Shown: one piece after another, positions 9,014 through 17,505 of the stretch
How positions within the stretch are numbered: position 1 is the first letter of the stretch
Layout: each line of letters opens with the position of its first letter
Assembly: GCA_902793375.1 (NCBI GenBank)
Contig: CADBDE010000002.1
Coordinates: 15,810 to 79,809, forward strand
DNA length: 64,000 bases
Direction of reading: 5' to 3'
From: an uncultured Erysipelotrichaceae bacterium
Lineage (GTDB): Bacteria; Bacillota_I; Bacilli_A; RF39; UBA660
Notes under the pieces: generated by a model
The model's input: only the letters and a program-made list of their open reading frames with translations
Told to the model about the DNA's origin: nothing
The model's database searches: none
Program-made: the position numbers and the translations under genes

Positions 9014-10489
9014 TTATATAACAAATGCTATTAAATTGTTAGAACCTTTATTAACTATCTTACTAAGAGTTTGAGAAAGCTTATACCTAATATTTTCAGG
9101 CATTAGTGATATTTTTGATTGAATACCTTCCTGAACAATTACATCAAGACTTCTTCCAAAGATTTCACTCTTCCAAATGTTCTGTGGATTTGTCTCATAA
9201 TCTTTCATTAAATAATTAATTAATTCTTTACTTTGAATTTCACTTCCAATAATAGGTTCAAATGTTGAGTTAACATCTACCCTAATCATGTGAATAGATG
9301 GAGCAACAGCTTTTAATTTTACTCCAAATCTATTACCTTGTTTAATAATCTCAGGAGTATCTAATTTCATATCATTAAGTGTAGGAGTTGCTACTCCATA
9401 TCCAGTTTGTTTAACCATTTTTAAAGCATACTTTATTTGATCATATTCAGTTTTTGCTTCATCATAATCTTGAAATAACTGTAAAAGTTGAGCTTTGTTT
9501 TTTACATCAATTTTAATTATTTCTTTTAATACTTCATTGTATAAGCTATTTGGTGCCTCTAAATTTATTATCACTATACCAGTGGAAGGGTCAACTTCAC
9601 TGATATATGCTTTTTCAATATTTTCATTATTAACAAATGATTTTGTAATCTTTTCTATGTCTTTTAATTTATCAACTTCAGAAACACTATCTCTTATTGA
9701 ATTAATATATGATTGTTTTACTACATTATTTGAATTAAGTATAGCAATCCATTCTGGCATGTTTATCTTTACTTCAAGAACAGGAAATTCATATAATGCC
9801 TCTTTTAAAACATCATACATTTCTTTTTCTTTCATATTTAATATATTCATTGGTATTACTGGGACATTATAATCTTCTTTTAATTTATCAGCAAGTCTTT
9901 CTGTTTCTGGAAGCATAGGATGAGTTGAATTAAGAATTACAATAAATGGTTTTCCAATTTCTTTAAGTTCATTTATAACTCTTTCTTCTGATTCAACATA
10001 ATCACTTCTTTCAAAATCTCCTATAGATCCGTCAGTTGTTATTACTATTCCAATAGTTGAATGATCTTTTATAACTTTTTCAGTTCCTAGTTCAGCTGCT
10101 TCAGTAAATGGTATTTCTTCATCATACCATGGGCTTTTGACCATTCTAGGACCATTTTCATCTTCAGCACCTTTTGCATTTTTAATAAGATATCCTACAC
10201 AATCAATAAGTCTTATATTGCATGAAAAATCATCTATATTTATTTTAGCTGCTGTATTTGGTACAAACTTTGGTTCTATTGTCATAATTGTTTTTCCACC
10301 AGAGCTTTGTGGTATTTCATCAGTTGCTCTTTTTCTTTCAAATTCATCATCAATATTAGGAATAACAACTGTTTCCATTACTTTTTTAATAAATGTACTT
10401 TTTCCTGTTCTAACTGCTCCAACTACTCCTAAATAAATATCTCCACCACTTCTAGCTGCAATATTTTTAATAATATCTTTTTTATCCAT
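9014..10489 (-). CDS. spoIVA: stage IV sporulation protein A (spore coat morphogenetic ATPase)
   Basis: 491 aa. N-terminus DIYLGVVGAVRTGKSTFIKK (Walker A) and full-length resemblance to SpoIVA. Near hup, as in Bacillus. Confidence 0.9.
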   Translation of the reverse strand: MDKKDIIKNIAARSGGDIYLGVVGAVRTGKSTFIKKVMETVVIPNIDDEFERKRATDEIPQSSGGKTIMTIEPKFVPNTAAKINIDDFSCNIRLIDCVGYLIKNAKGAEDENGPRMVKSPWYDEEIPFTEAAELGTEKVIKDHSTIGIVITTDGSIGDFERSDYVESEERVINELKEIGKPFIVILNSTHPMLPETERLADKLKEDYNVPVIPMNILNMKEKEMYDVLKEALYEFPVLEVKINMPEWIAILNSNNVVKQSYINSIRDSVSEVDKLKDIEKITKSFVNNENIEKAYISEVDPSTGIVIINLEAPNSLYNEVLKEIIKIDVKNKAQLLQLFQDYDEAKTEYDQIKYALKMVKQTGYGVATPTLNDMKLDTPEIIKQGNRFGVKLKAVAPSIHMIRVDVNSTFEPIIGSEIQSKELINYLMKDYETNPQNIWKSEIFGRSLDVIVQEGIQSKISLMPENIRYKLSQTLSKIVNKGSNNLIAFVI

Positions 10490-10517
10490 ATTTACCTCTT
10501 TCTTTTACTTTCATTTA

Positions 10518-10545
10518 ATAATATGACATCTATTTATTTTTATAC
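10518..10545 (-). promoter_or_regulatory. possible sigma-E-type (mother cell) promoter of spoIVA
   Basis: The minus strand reads GTATAAA-N13-CATATTAT, about 30 nt upstream of the ATG. It resembles the B. subtilis SigE consensus (kmATAww / CATACAmT). An AT-rich background makes chance matches likely. Confidence 0.3.
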
Positions 10546-10546
10546 A

Positions 10547-10572
10547 CAAAAAAACAACTGATATTCAGTTGT
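10547..10572 (-). terminator. rho-independent terminator of the Pro-rich repeat protein gene
   Basis: Minus strand: ACAACTGA-ata-TCAGTTGT followed by TTTTTTTG. Confidence 0.6.
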
Positions 10573-10581
10573 CTTTATATC

Positions 10582-11295
10582 TTATTGATTAACTTGTTCA
10601 GTTGGTTCTACTGGTGCAACTGGTGCAGTTGGTTCAACTGGCATAGTTGGATCTACTGGTACAGTTGGTTCAACTGGCATAGTTGGATCTACTGGTACAG
10701 TTGGATCTACTGGTACAGTTGGATCTACTGGTACAGTTGGATCTACTGGTTGTACTGGATCTACTGGTTGATCTGGATTAACTGGTTCTGTTGGTTCTAC
10801 TACTTCACCAATAATGAAGTTATATACAGTTAAATCTCTTTCTCCTTCAATCCATCCAGGTAGTTCAACATTTTTTTCTTCATTTAAAACAGATACAATA
10901 GTTTGTTTAACTACAACTGTTCCATCTTCTCCTATTTCTTCATAAGATACTAAGAATTTTTCATTTTTCTCATCATGACCAATTATAGTTACAGCACCAA
11001 GACTCCAAGTTTCATCACTGAACTCACTTTGTTTTTTATTTAAAATTAATTGAATAACTTCTTCCTCTGATAGTACAACAGGAACTAATCCTCTATTAGG
11101 ATCATCTTCAGGTTCTGTTGGTTCAACTGGCTTTTCTTGCTCTTCTGTATTTTTGTTTTCCTTTTTATCATCACTACCTAAAAAACTTTTATTATTTCCA
11201 GTTACTAATAATACAACACCTGCAAGTATTAAAACAACCGCTATTGCCATTACTATCATTGGAGTTTTATTTTTCTTTGTTTTCTGTTCTTCCAT
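10582..11295 (-). CDS. membrane-anchored protein with C-terminal Pro-rich PVDPT(V/M) hexapeptide repeats
   Basis: N-terminal TM ([20 protein letters not shown]), an acidic linker and a roughly 100-aa globular region. The C-terminus is [70 protein letters not shown]. Confidence 0.6.
   Translation of the reverse strand: MEEQKTKKNKTPMIVMAIAVVLILAGVVLLVTGNNKSFLGSDDKKENKNTEEQEKPVEPTEPEDDPNRGLVPVVLSEEEVIQLILNKKQSEFSDETWSLGAVTIIGHDEKNEKFLVSYEEIGEDGTVVVKQTIVSVLNEEKNVELPGWIEGERDLTVYNFIIGEVVEPTEPVNPDQPVDPVQPVDPTVPVDPTVPVDPTVPVDPTMPVEPTVPVDPTMPVEPTAPVAPVEPTEQVNQ
10601..10798. repeat. in-frame tandem repeat (18-nt unit, with a perfect 36-nt duplication)
   Basis: Units start at 10628, 10646, 10664, 10682, 10700, 10718 and 10736. 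Segment 10628-10663 equals 10664-10699 exactly. gttggatctactggtaca is repeated perfectly three times in a row (10682-10735), with degenerate copies on both sides. Confidence 0.85.
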
Positions 11296-11355
11296 TTTAT
11301 ATGCTCCTTCCCTTACCCTTTAATCAAATTATAATAAACATATCTTTTCATTTCA

Positions 11356-11390
11356 ATAAAAAAGTGTAAACAAAAGAGTAATTTTACACT
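11356..11390 (-). terminator. rho-independent terminator of murI
   Basis: Minus strand: AGTGTAAA-12 nt loop-TTTACACT followed by TTTTTTATT. The stem overlaps the murI stop codon. Confidence 0.5.
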
Positions 11391-12085
11391 ATTTTAAGTA
11401 TTTTATTTACATTTCTATCTAAATTCTCTGTTTTTTTACTAAAAAACAAATCAATTCTTTTATAAGAATCTTCTATCTTTATATTATTTGCTAATACTTC
11501 TCCCATATCTATTATATCTATAGAATTTCCAACTTTTTTTCTAATATAGTCTTTTATAATTGAATAATGTGTACATCCTAATATTATTGAATCTATTCCA
11601 TCTAAGTTACTTAAGTATTCATCCAAAACTATATCTAATTCATTATAATTACCACTTTCTATTATTGGAACTAATTTAGGGCATGCAATTTCTACTACTT
11701 CATTATTTAATTTTTTCTTAAAAACATGACTATTAATTGTTGCATTAGTTGCCATTACAAGAGTTTTTTTATAATTTCTTTCTTCAATATATTTTGGTAA
11801 TTCACTTATAACACTATAAATTGGAATATCTAATTCTTCTTTTAAACAATCATATAAATTAGCACTTACTGTTCCACATGCTATAATAATCATTTCTACT
11901 TTCTTTGATTTTAAATATTCTATTATATTTTTTACATATTTATATAATTCATCAATACTCTTATCTCCATATGGAACATTTAAAGTATCACCATAATAAT
12001 AATATTGATTATTAGGATGATATTTAATAAAAGAATTTAAAACTGTTAATCCACCAACCCCTGAATCAAAAAGACCTATTCTCAT
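11384..12085 (-). CDS. murI: glutamate racemase
   Basis: MRIGLFDSGVGGLTVL, IIACGTVS and ILGCTHY contain the two catalytic Cys motifs. Confidence 0.9.
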   Translation of the reverse strand: MRIGLFDSGVGGLTVLNSFIKYHPNNQYYYYGDTLNVPYGDKSIDELYKYVKNIIEYLKSKKVEMIIIACGTVSANLYDCLKEELDIPIYSVISELPKYIEERNYKKTLVMATNATINSHVFKKKLNNEVVEIACPKLVPIIESGNYNELDIVLDEYLSNLDGIDSIILGCTHYSIIKDYIRKKVGNSIDIIDMGEVLANNIKIEDSYKRIDLFFSKKTENLDRNVNKILKIV

Positions 12086-12135
12086 AACTTCACCTTAATA
12101 TAAAAAGACTATTCTAATCTTATTATCTATAATAA

Positions 12136-12375
12136 TTATATCATATTATCTAAATTTTTTGGAATATTATCATTCTTTACTGTATTTATTATTTTCTTCT
12201 TTTTTTCTTCACTTATTTCTTTTCCAGTAATCTTTACAAGATTATCTATTAATTCATTCAACACTTTTTCATCTTTCATATCACTTTTTTGTATTTGATC
12301 TGCCATAGATAAAATAGTATCTTTGTCTACATTAGTTTTTTCTTCAATCTTTTTAAATAATGACTCTTTAAACAT
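12136..12375 (-). CDS. spoVIF: stage VI sporulation protein F-like
   Basis: 79 aa. FKKIEEKTNVDKDTILSMADQIQKSDMKDEKVLNELI...IPKNLDNMI parallels B. subtilis SpoVIF (FFKNIEKKTGV...FKDE...). Confidence 0.6.
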   Translation of the reverse strand: MFKESLFKKIEEKTNVDKDTILSMADQIQKSDMKDEKVLNELIDNLVKITGKEISEEKKKKIINTVKNDNIPKNLDNMI

Positions 12376-12416
12376 AAAAACCTCCTACATAATTATATGT
12401 AAAAGATTTTTTTTAG

Positions 12417-12815
12417 TTATTGTTTATTTATATTAGATGTTATCATATTTGCTGCATCACTCATTGTTCTACTAATATCAGAAAATAAAGATTCAAGTTT
12501 TTTAGAAGAAACTTTTATTTCAGTTTCAGCATCTTGCCAAATATTTGCAATTGTTTCCATTTTATTTGCATAATTATTTAATTCTTCTAATGCAGAACTA
12601 AATTTCTTATTATTGTATTCTTTAACTGTATTTATATTATCTACAATACTTTCATCAAGATAAACACAACATTGTTCCCAAATTGTATCTGATTGTTTTT
12701 TTATCATATTTAGATCATTTGCATACTTTTTCATTATTCCAGATAAAATCTTTAATTGTTCTTCATCAACAGACATAATCTTTGAATTAGTATTTAAATC
12801 ATTTGTATTAAACAT
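12417..12815 (-). CDS. small all-helical protein, partner of the WXG100-like gene (function unknown)
   Basis: 132 aa from the ATG at 12815 (AGGTGA RBS overlapping the upstream stop codon). Heptad-rich and predicted helical. No signal peptide or TM. Confidence 0.5.
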   Translation of the reverse strand: MFNTNDLNTNSKIMSVDEEQLKILSGIMKKYANDLNMIKKQSDTIWEQCCVYLDESIVDNINTVKEYNNKKFSSALEELNNYANKMETIANIWQDAETEIKVSSKKLESLFSDISRTMSDAANMITSNINKQ

Positions 12816-12824
12816 ATTATTCAC

Positions 12825-13118
12825 CTATCCATTCAAACGATTCTTAATCTGTTCTTGTGCATTTTCAAGAACTATTATAAGTTTATTTAAATATTCTATT
12901 TCTGCATTTATTTCTTTAGAAATACAATTTAAGTCTTTTCCAATAAAGCCATATACTTTTAATCTAAAATCATTTCCATCAAATCCTTGCCAGTAAATTG
13001 CACTCATTTTAACAGTATCAATTAAACTATCGATTGTATCTTCATACAATTTCCTTGTTTTTTCTAACTGAGACTTATAATACTTAAGCTCATTTACGTT
13101 TGTTGTTTTTAAAGCCAT
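12825..13118 (-). CDS. WXG100-like (EsxA/YukE-like) small protein
   Basis: 97 aa, the same length as EsxA/YukE. A central W-Q-G at residues 43-45 (SAIYWQGFDGNDF) sits between two long predicted helices. GGTGGAG RBS. Confidence 0.5.
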   Translation of the reverse strand: MALKTTNVNELKYYKSQLEKTRKLYEDTIDSLIDTVKMSAIYWQGFDGNDFRLKVYGFIGKDLNCISKEINAEIEYLNKLIIVLENAQEQIKNRLNG

Positions 13119-13154
13119 TCTATCTCCACCAATCAGATTATATCTTACATTTTT

Positions 13155-13183
13155 ATTTTAATTATTATTTACTATTATGTCAA
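13155..13183 (-). promoter_or_regulatory. sigma-A-type promoter for the WXG100-like gene pair
   Basis: Minus strand TTGACA (13183-13178), a 17-nt spacer, then TAAAAT (13160-13155). It follows the upstream terminator directly. Confidence 0.45.
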
Positions 13184-13191
13184 CTTTTTAC

Positions 13192-13217
13192 AAAAAAAAG
13201 ACATCTTAAAGATGTCT
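13192..13217 (-). terminator. rho-independent terminator after der and the small ORF
   Basis: Minus strand: AGACATCT-tta-AGATGTCT followed by TTTTTTTTG. Confidence 0.65.
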
Positions 13218-13410
13218 AATAATTATTTATAATTTTTCTATATTTTTCTATTTGGTCAGTTATCTCTTTTGATTTTTGAATATATTCCTTATCATTTATT
13301 TGTTTCTTAGCATATCTATCTTCAAGTAATTCTTTAGCTTTTTCTAGGTTTTTAATTGTAGATTCATAATTTGCATTTCTTTGAGAATTCAAATCAGTTC
13401 TAAAAATCAT
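13216..13410 (-). CDS. 64-aa charged helical protein (SHOCT-like C-terminus?), coupled to der
   Basis: The ATG at 13410 is 1 nt after the der stop, behind the AGGAGTGA RBS. ...ELLEDRYAKKQINDKEYIQKSKEITDQI loosely resembles the SHOCT motif. Confidence 0.45.
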   Translation of the reverse strand: MIFRTDLNSQRNANYESTIKNLEKAKELLEDRYAKKQINDKEYIQKSKEITDQIEKYRKIINNY

Positions 13411-13411
13411 A

Positions 13412-14716
13412 TTATTCACTCCTATTCTTAAACTGTAATATTATAGGTGTTCCTTCAAAATCAAAATTTTCTCTTATTTTATTTTCTAAGTATCTTTCGT
13501 ATGAAAAATGTACTAATCCTTTATTATTAACATGAAACGTAAACTTTGGTGGTTTAGTTCCAGATTGATTTGTAAAATATATTTTTAACCTTTTTCCTTT
13601 ATATGATGGTGGAATATTAAGCATATATGCTTCATTTATTACATCATTTAGTACATTTGTTGGTATTTCTTTTTTTATATTTTCTGATACTTTTAATACT
13701 TCAGGCATTATTGTATGTATTCTTTTTTTAGTTAAAGCACTTGTGAATACAACTGGAACATATCTTAAGAATTGAAACTCATTTCTAACCTTCTTAGTAT
13801 ATTCTTTTATATCTGGGTTTTCTTGGGTATCCCATTTATTTACTACAATAATTAATCCTTTTCCCTTTTCAAGAACATATCCAGCTATATGTTTATCATG
13901 TTCTATTATTCCTTCTTCAGCATTTATAACTAACAAACATACATCTGATCTATCTATAGCTTTCATACTTCTTAGTAAACTATACTTTTCAATATTTTCA
14001 TATACCTTACCTTTTTTTCTCATTCCAGCTGTATCAATAACAATAAATTCTTCATCATTATATTTCATAACTGTATCTATTGCATCTCTTGTTGTTCCAG
14101 CTACATCACTAACTATTACTCTATCTTCATTAAGTAAAGCATTTATTAAACTACTTTTACCAACATTTGGCCTACCAATTACAGAAAATTTGACTCTTTT
14201 GTCTTCATCGATATATTCTTTTTTATCAAAATCTTTAATTATTTCATCTTTTAATTCGAAAAAGCCAATACCATGTTCACCACTAACTTCAATATATGTA
14301 TCAAATCCAAGTTCATAAAAGTCATAAATGTTATCTTTACTTTTTTTATTATCTATTTTATTTATTACCACAATTACTCTTTTTCCACTTGATCTTAACA
14401 TATCTCTTACAACATAATCATTGCTTGTTAGACCTTCTTTACCATCAACAACAAATAAAACAACGTCTGCTTCGTCAATTGCGATTTCAACTTGCATCTT
14501 AATAACGTCATTAAACTTATCACTTGATGTATCTATTCCTCCTGTGTCTATAACATTAAATTTATAATCTTTATAAATAGCTTCACTATAAATTCTATCT
14601 CTTGTTACACCAGGAGTGTCTTCAATAATAGATATTTTTTCACCAACAAGTTTATTAAAAATTGTACTTTTACCTACATTTGGCCTTCCTACTAATGCTA
14701 CTGTTGGAATTTTCAT
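13412..14716 (-). CDS. der: ribosome-associated GTPase Der (EngA)
   Basis: Two tandem GTPase domains (GRPNVGKSTIFN / DTGG / NKID, then GRPNVGKSSLIN / DTAG / NKWD) plus a KH-like C-terminus. Confidence 0.95.
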   Translation of the reverse strand: MKIPTVALVGRPNVGKSTIFNKLVGEKISIIEDTPGVTRDRIYSEAIYKDYKFNVIDTGGIDTSSDKFNDVIKMQVEIAIDEADVVLFVVDGKEGLTSNDYVVRDMLRSSGKRVIVVINKIDNKKSKDNIYDFYELGFDTYIEVSGEHGIGFFELKDEIIKDFDKKEYIDEDKRVKFSVIGRPNVGKSSLINALLNEDRVIVSDVAGTTRDAIDTVMKYNDEEFIVIDTAGMRKKGKVYENIEKYSLLRSMKAIDRSDVCLLVINAEEGIIEHDKHIAGYVLEKGKGLIIVVNKWDTQENPDIKEYTKKVRNEFQFLRYVPVVFTSALTKKRIHTIMPEVLKVSENIKKEIPTNVLNDVINEAYMLNIPPSYKGKRLKIYFTNQSGTKPPKFTFHVNNKGLVHFSYERYLENKIRENFDFEGTPIILQFKNRSE

Positions 14717-14756
14717 ACTATCACCCCTAAACTTGTGTATATTATATCACATGTAT

Positions 14757-15122
14757 TTAATAATGTAAATTAAGGTTTTTTATATAATAGTGTTCACAAA
14801 TTTTATAAATATTTTTAGTGTTTTTCAAAATAAAATCATCAATTATAATATCTAGTTCTTTGGAATGATTAATTATTTTTAAATCTATTGTATTATAAAA
14901 TGAATCATCTCTATTAATTCTTTTAAATAACATAATTGTAAAAAGATTATTATAAGTATATATATTTACTTCATAAAAGCCATAAATATCTATTGCATAT
15001 CTTTTTTTTATTAATAATAGTAACTCTTTAATTATATTTGTTTGGTTTTCTTTGTTTATTCTTTTATAAGAAGTATTAATCTTTACTTGAAAAGTTGATT
15101 TGTCAATTATTTCAAATTTCAT
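14757..15122 (-). CDS. hypothetical 121-aa protein
   Basis: ORF with an AGGTGA RBS. No motif I recognise; the N-terminus MKFEIIDKSTFQVKIN is vaguely MecA-like. Confidence 0.45.
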   Translation of the reverse strand: MKFEIIDKSTFQVKINTSYKRINKENQTNIIKELLLLIKKRYAIDIYGFYEVNIYTYNNLFTIMLFKRINRDDSFYNTIDLKIINHSKELDIIIDDFILKNTKNIYKICEHYYIKNLNLHY

Positions 15123-15165
15123 TAAATCACCTAAATTATTTTATGATTCTTTTTTTTTAAGTAAA

Positions 15166-15188
15166 CAAAAAAAGCACTTATGTGCTTT
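15166..15188 (-). terminator. rho-independent terminator
   Basis: Minus strand: AAAGCAC-ataa-GTGCTTT followed by TTTTTG. Confidence 0.6.
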
Positions 15189-15843
15189 ATTTAACATATT
15201 CAACTAAATCGTATATTTTTCCATTTACAGTTTGAGCGAATGTTGTTGTTTTACATTCTCCTAATTCTTCATTACAACTATTTCCTGAATAGAATTTAAC
15301 AACATTTGATAAATTTTCAATTGTATAATATGATCCATAATCATTATTTTGAACCATATCTTCAATTAATGAATAACAAACATCTCCATTATCTAATAGA
15401 TAAAATAATGTGTTATATTGTGGATCATTATCAAATTGTCCTAAATATACATCTACTACATTATTAGTAAATTCCATAGTATATTCTTGTGAATCATCAT
15501 TATCATAATTGTATTTAGTAATTAGTAGGTCATTTTTTGTATCTCCATAATTAACTGTAAAATAAGCACCTGTTGATCCAGCATATGTTCCAAAGTTAAT
15601 TGTATAATCTAAATCACTATTAGATTCTACAAATTTCTCATTGAATCCATATGTTTTTTCACCAGATTTACTAGCAACTAAAATGTCACTATTTTCACTA
15701 TTTTCATTCTTTTCTGTTGCAAAATAAAGTCTATCTTTTAAATCACCAGCAAGAACAAAGCCGCCAATAAAACCTATTGTAACAACAACAACTACAAAAG
15801 CAGTTATTAAAACATCCTGTTTACTTGATTTTTTCTTTTTCAT
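15187..15843 (-). CDS. membrane-anchored hypothetical protein
   Basis: N-terminal TM (VLITAFVVVVVTIGFIGGFVLAG), then a beta-rich extracytoplasmic domain. Start chosen at the ATG behind AGAGGA; 15849 is an alternative. Confidence 0.5.
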   Translation of the reverse strand: MKKKKSSKQDVLITAFVVVVVTIGFIGGFVLAGDLKDRLYFATEKNENSENSDILVASKSGEKTYGFNEKFVESNSDLDYTINFGTYAGSTGAYFTVNYGDTKNDLLITKYNYDNDDSQEYTMEFTNNVVDVYLGQFDNDPQYNTLFYLLDNGDVCYSLIEDMVQNNDYGSYYTIENLSNVVKFYSGNSCNEELGECKTTTFAQTVNGKIYDLVEYVK

Positions 15844-15932
15844 AATCATCCTCTTCTCTAACCTATAATACAATTATAAACTGATTTTTTCTATCAGTAA
15901 AGTATAAAAAGTATACTTGTCACATTTTAATG

Positions 15933-15961
15933 TAAAAAGAATAGGTATAAAACCTATTCTT
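15933..15961 (-). terminator. rho-independent terminator of engB
   Basis: Minus strand: AAGAATAGGT-5 nt-ACCTATTCTT followed by a T-run. Overlaps the stop codon. Confidence 0.65.
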
Positions 15962-16541
15962 CAATCATTTCTTCAATAATCTTAATTATTTCATCTCGAC
16001 CAATTTTACTAACACTTGAAAAATATACTATATTATCACCAACCACTATATCTAAAGTATTTTTTAGACTTTTTAAGTTTTTGTCTTTTTCTCTAGAACT
16101 AACTTTATCATATTTAGTTGCTACTATTGTTACTGGTATTTGATAATATTTTAAATAATCATACATTAATTTATCATCATTTGTTGGTGCATGTCTAAAA
16201 TCAATAAGTAGGAATACCCTTTTAAGTTCCTGTCTTTTTTCTAAGTATTCTTCAACCATTAAGCCAAATTTTCTAACTTCTTCTTTAGAAGTATCAGCAT
16301 ATCCATATCCAGGTACATCAACTAAATAAAACTTATTATCTACATTAAAAAAATTAATTGTACTAGTTTTCCCTGGCTTTGAAGATATTCTGGCAAGATT
16401 TTTTCTATTAACTAATACGTTTAAGAAACTACTTTTTCCTACATTACTTCTACCTAGAAGAATGAATTCAGGAAGTTCATCATCAGGATATTGGCTTCTT
16501 CTCACAGCACTTACTACTAAGCTAACATTATCTATCTTCAT
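15954..16541 (-). CDS. engB: ribosome biogenesis GTP-binding protein YsxC/EngB
   Basis: GRSNVGKSSFLN (G1), DVPGYGY (G3) and TKYDK (G4). Confidence 0.9.
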   Translation of the reverse strand: MKIDNVSLVVSAVRRSQYPDDELPEFILLGRSNVGKSSFLNVLVNRKNLARISSKPGKTSTINFFNVDNKFYLVDVPGYGYADTSKEEVRKFGLMVEEYLEKRQELKRVFLLIDFRHAPTNDDKLMYDYLKYYQIPVTIVATKYDKVSSREKDKNLKSLKNTLDIVVGDNIVYFSSVSKIGRDEIIKIIEEMIEE

Positions 16542-17502
16542 TTTCACTACCTTCTTTCTTCAAATATGATTTACAAAGGTTGTCTATATCATGTATCAAC
16601 ATATTAACTTCATCCATTGTTTTAACACGAGCTCCACTTGCCATAGCATGTCCACCGCCATTATATTTTTCTGCAAGTGTATTAATAATAGGTCCACGTG
16701 ATCTAATATTAAACTTGAATTGATTATTCTTAACATCTTCTGAAATCATTGCCCATGCAATTACTTCATCAATATTATTATAGTTATTTACCATATTTCC
16801 CGCAGAACTGGCATCTACTCCATACTTTTGTAATACTTCATTAGAAATAATAACATAAGCAAAACCATTTTCAGTAAGTTTTAAATTTTCAGAAATAAAT
16901 CCTTGAAATCTAACTTCACTAAATGGTCTAGCATATAAATTTCTATATAAAGACTCTGTATTTAAATTATATTTTTTAATCAATTCTTCAATTATATTAT
17001 ATGTCTCAATACTTGTATTAAATAAAAATCTATTAGTATCAGATACAATCCCATAAAATAAATACTTTGCTATTTCTTCATTAATAATCATTTTATTTTC
17101 TTTAAACAATCTATTCACAAGTTCTGAAGCACTAGAAGAAAGAGTATCTACATATTCATATTCTCCCATTACATCGATTAATGGATGATGATCTATTTTA
17201 CAAATATTTGGAAACAATTCTATGTTTGATATATCTACTCTTTTCTTATCTGGAGTGTCTACAACAATTAGTAATACATCTTCATTATTTTTATTTTCAT
17301 ATTTATCAAGTTTTGGAAAATAATTATATCTAGAACTTTTAGATCCTACAGCATAAACTTTTTTTTCAGGGAAATTAATATTAATTGCTTCTTTTAAAGC
17401 AAACTGACTTCCTAAGGCATCTGGATCAACTCCAATATGTCTAGCAATTACTATAGTATTATATTTTTTTATTTCTTCATATATTTTTTTTAGCATTAAC
17501 AT
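16528..17502 (-). CDS. nrnA: DHH/DHHA1 phosphoesterase (NrnA-like oligoribonuclease / pAp phosphatase)
   Basis: Motifs ARHIGVDPDALGS, VVDT, DHH and the DHHA1 GGGH (YNGGGHAMASG). Confidence 0.8.
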   Translation of the reverse strand: MLMLKKIYEEIKKYNTIVIARHIGVDPDALGSQFALKEAININFPEKKVYAVGSKSSRYNYFPKLDKYENKNNEDVLLIVVDTPDKKRVDISNIELFPNICKIDHHPLIDVMGEYEYVDTLSSSASELVNRLFKENKMIINEEIAKYLFYGIVSDTNRFLFNTSIETYNIIEELIKKYNLNTESLYRNLYARPFSEVRFQGFISENLKLTENGFAYVIISNEVLQKYGVDASSAGNMVNNYNNIDEVIAWAMISEDVKNNQFKFNIRSRGPIINTLAEKYNGGGHAMASGARVKTMDEVNMLIHDIDNLCKSYLKKEGSENEDR

Positions 17503-17505
17503 TTC

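Noticed and set aside
9495-10436. Several long antisense or alternate-frame ORFs in the track. They include 9495-9872, 10137-10436, 40503-40814, 46136-46378, 46701-47024, 48635-48937, 52644-52955, 54475-54807, 58658-59002 and 59530-59823.
   Set aside because: Each lies inside a longer ORF with clear family motifs. None has a convincing RBS. Long spurious ORFs are expected in AT-rich DNA opposite Lys/Asn/Ile-rich genes.
10601-10798. Possible CRISPR-like periodic repeats here and at 56575-56900.
   Set aside because: Both are in-frame coding repeats with no unique spacers of CRISPR size. There are no cas genes in the window.
10585-10833. 82-aa plus-strand Trp/Tyr-rich ORF ([13 protein letters not shown]...).
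   Set aside because: It is antisense to the in-frame Pro-rich tandem repeat, and its periodicity simply mirrors the coding repeat on the minus strand.
12376-12416. Sigma-K-like promoter (AC-N16-CATATAATT) upstream of spoVIF.
   Set aside because: The -10 is off-register relative to CATAnnnTA and sits very close to the RBS. It is too degenerate to call in AT-rich sequence.
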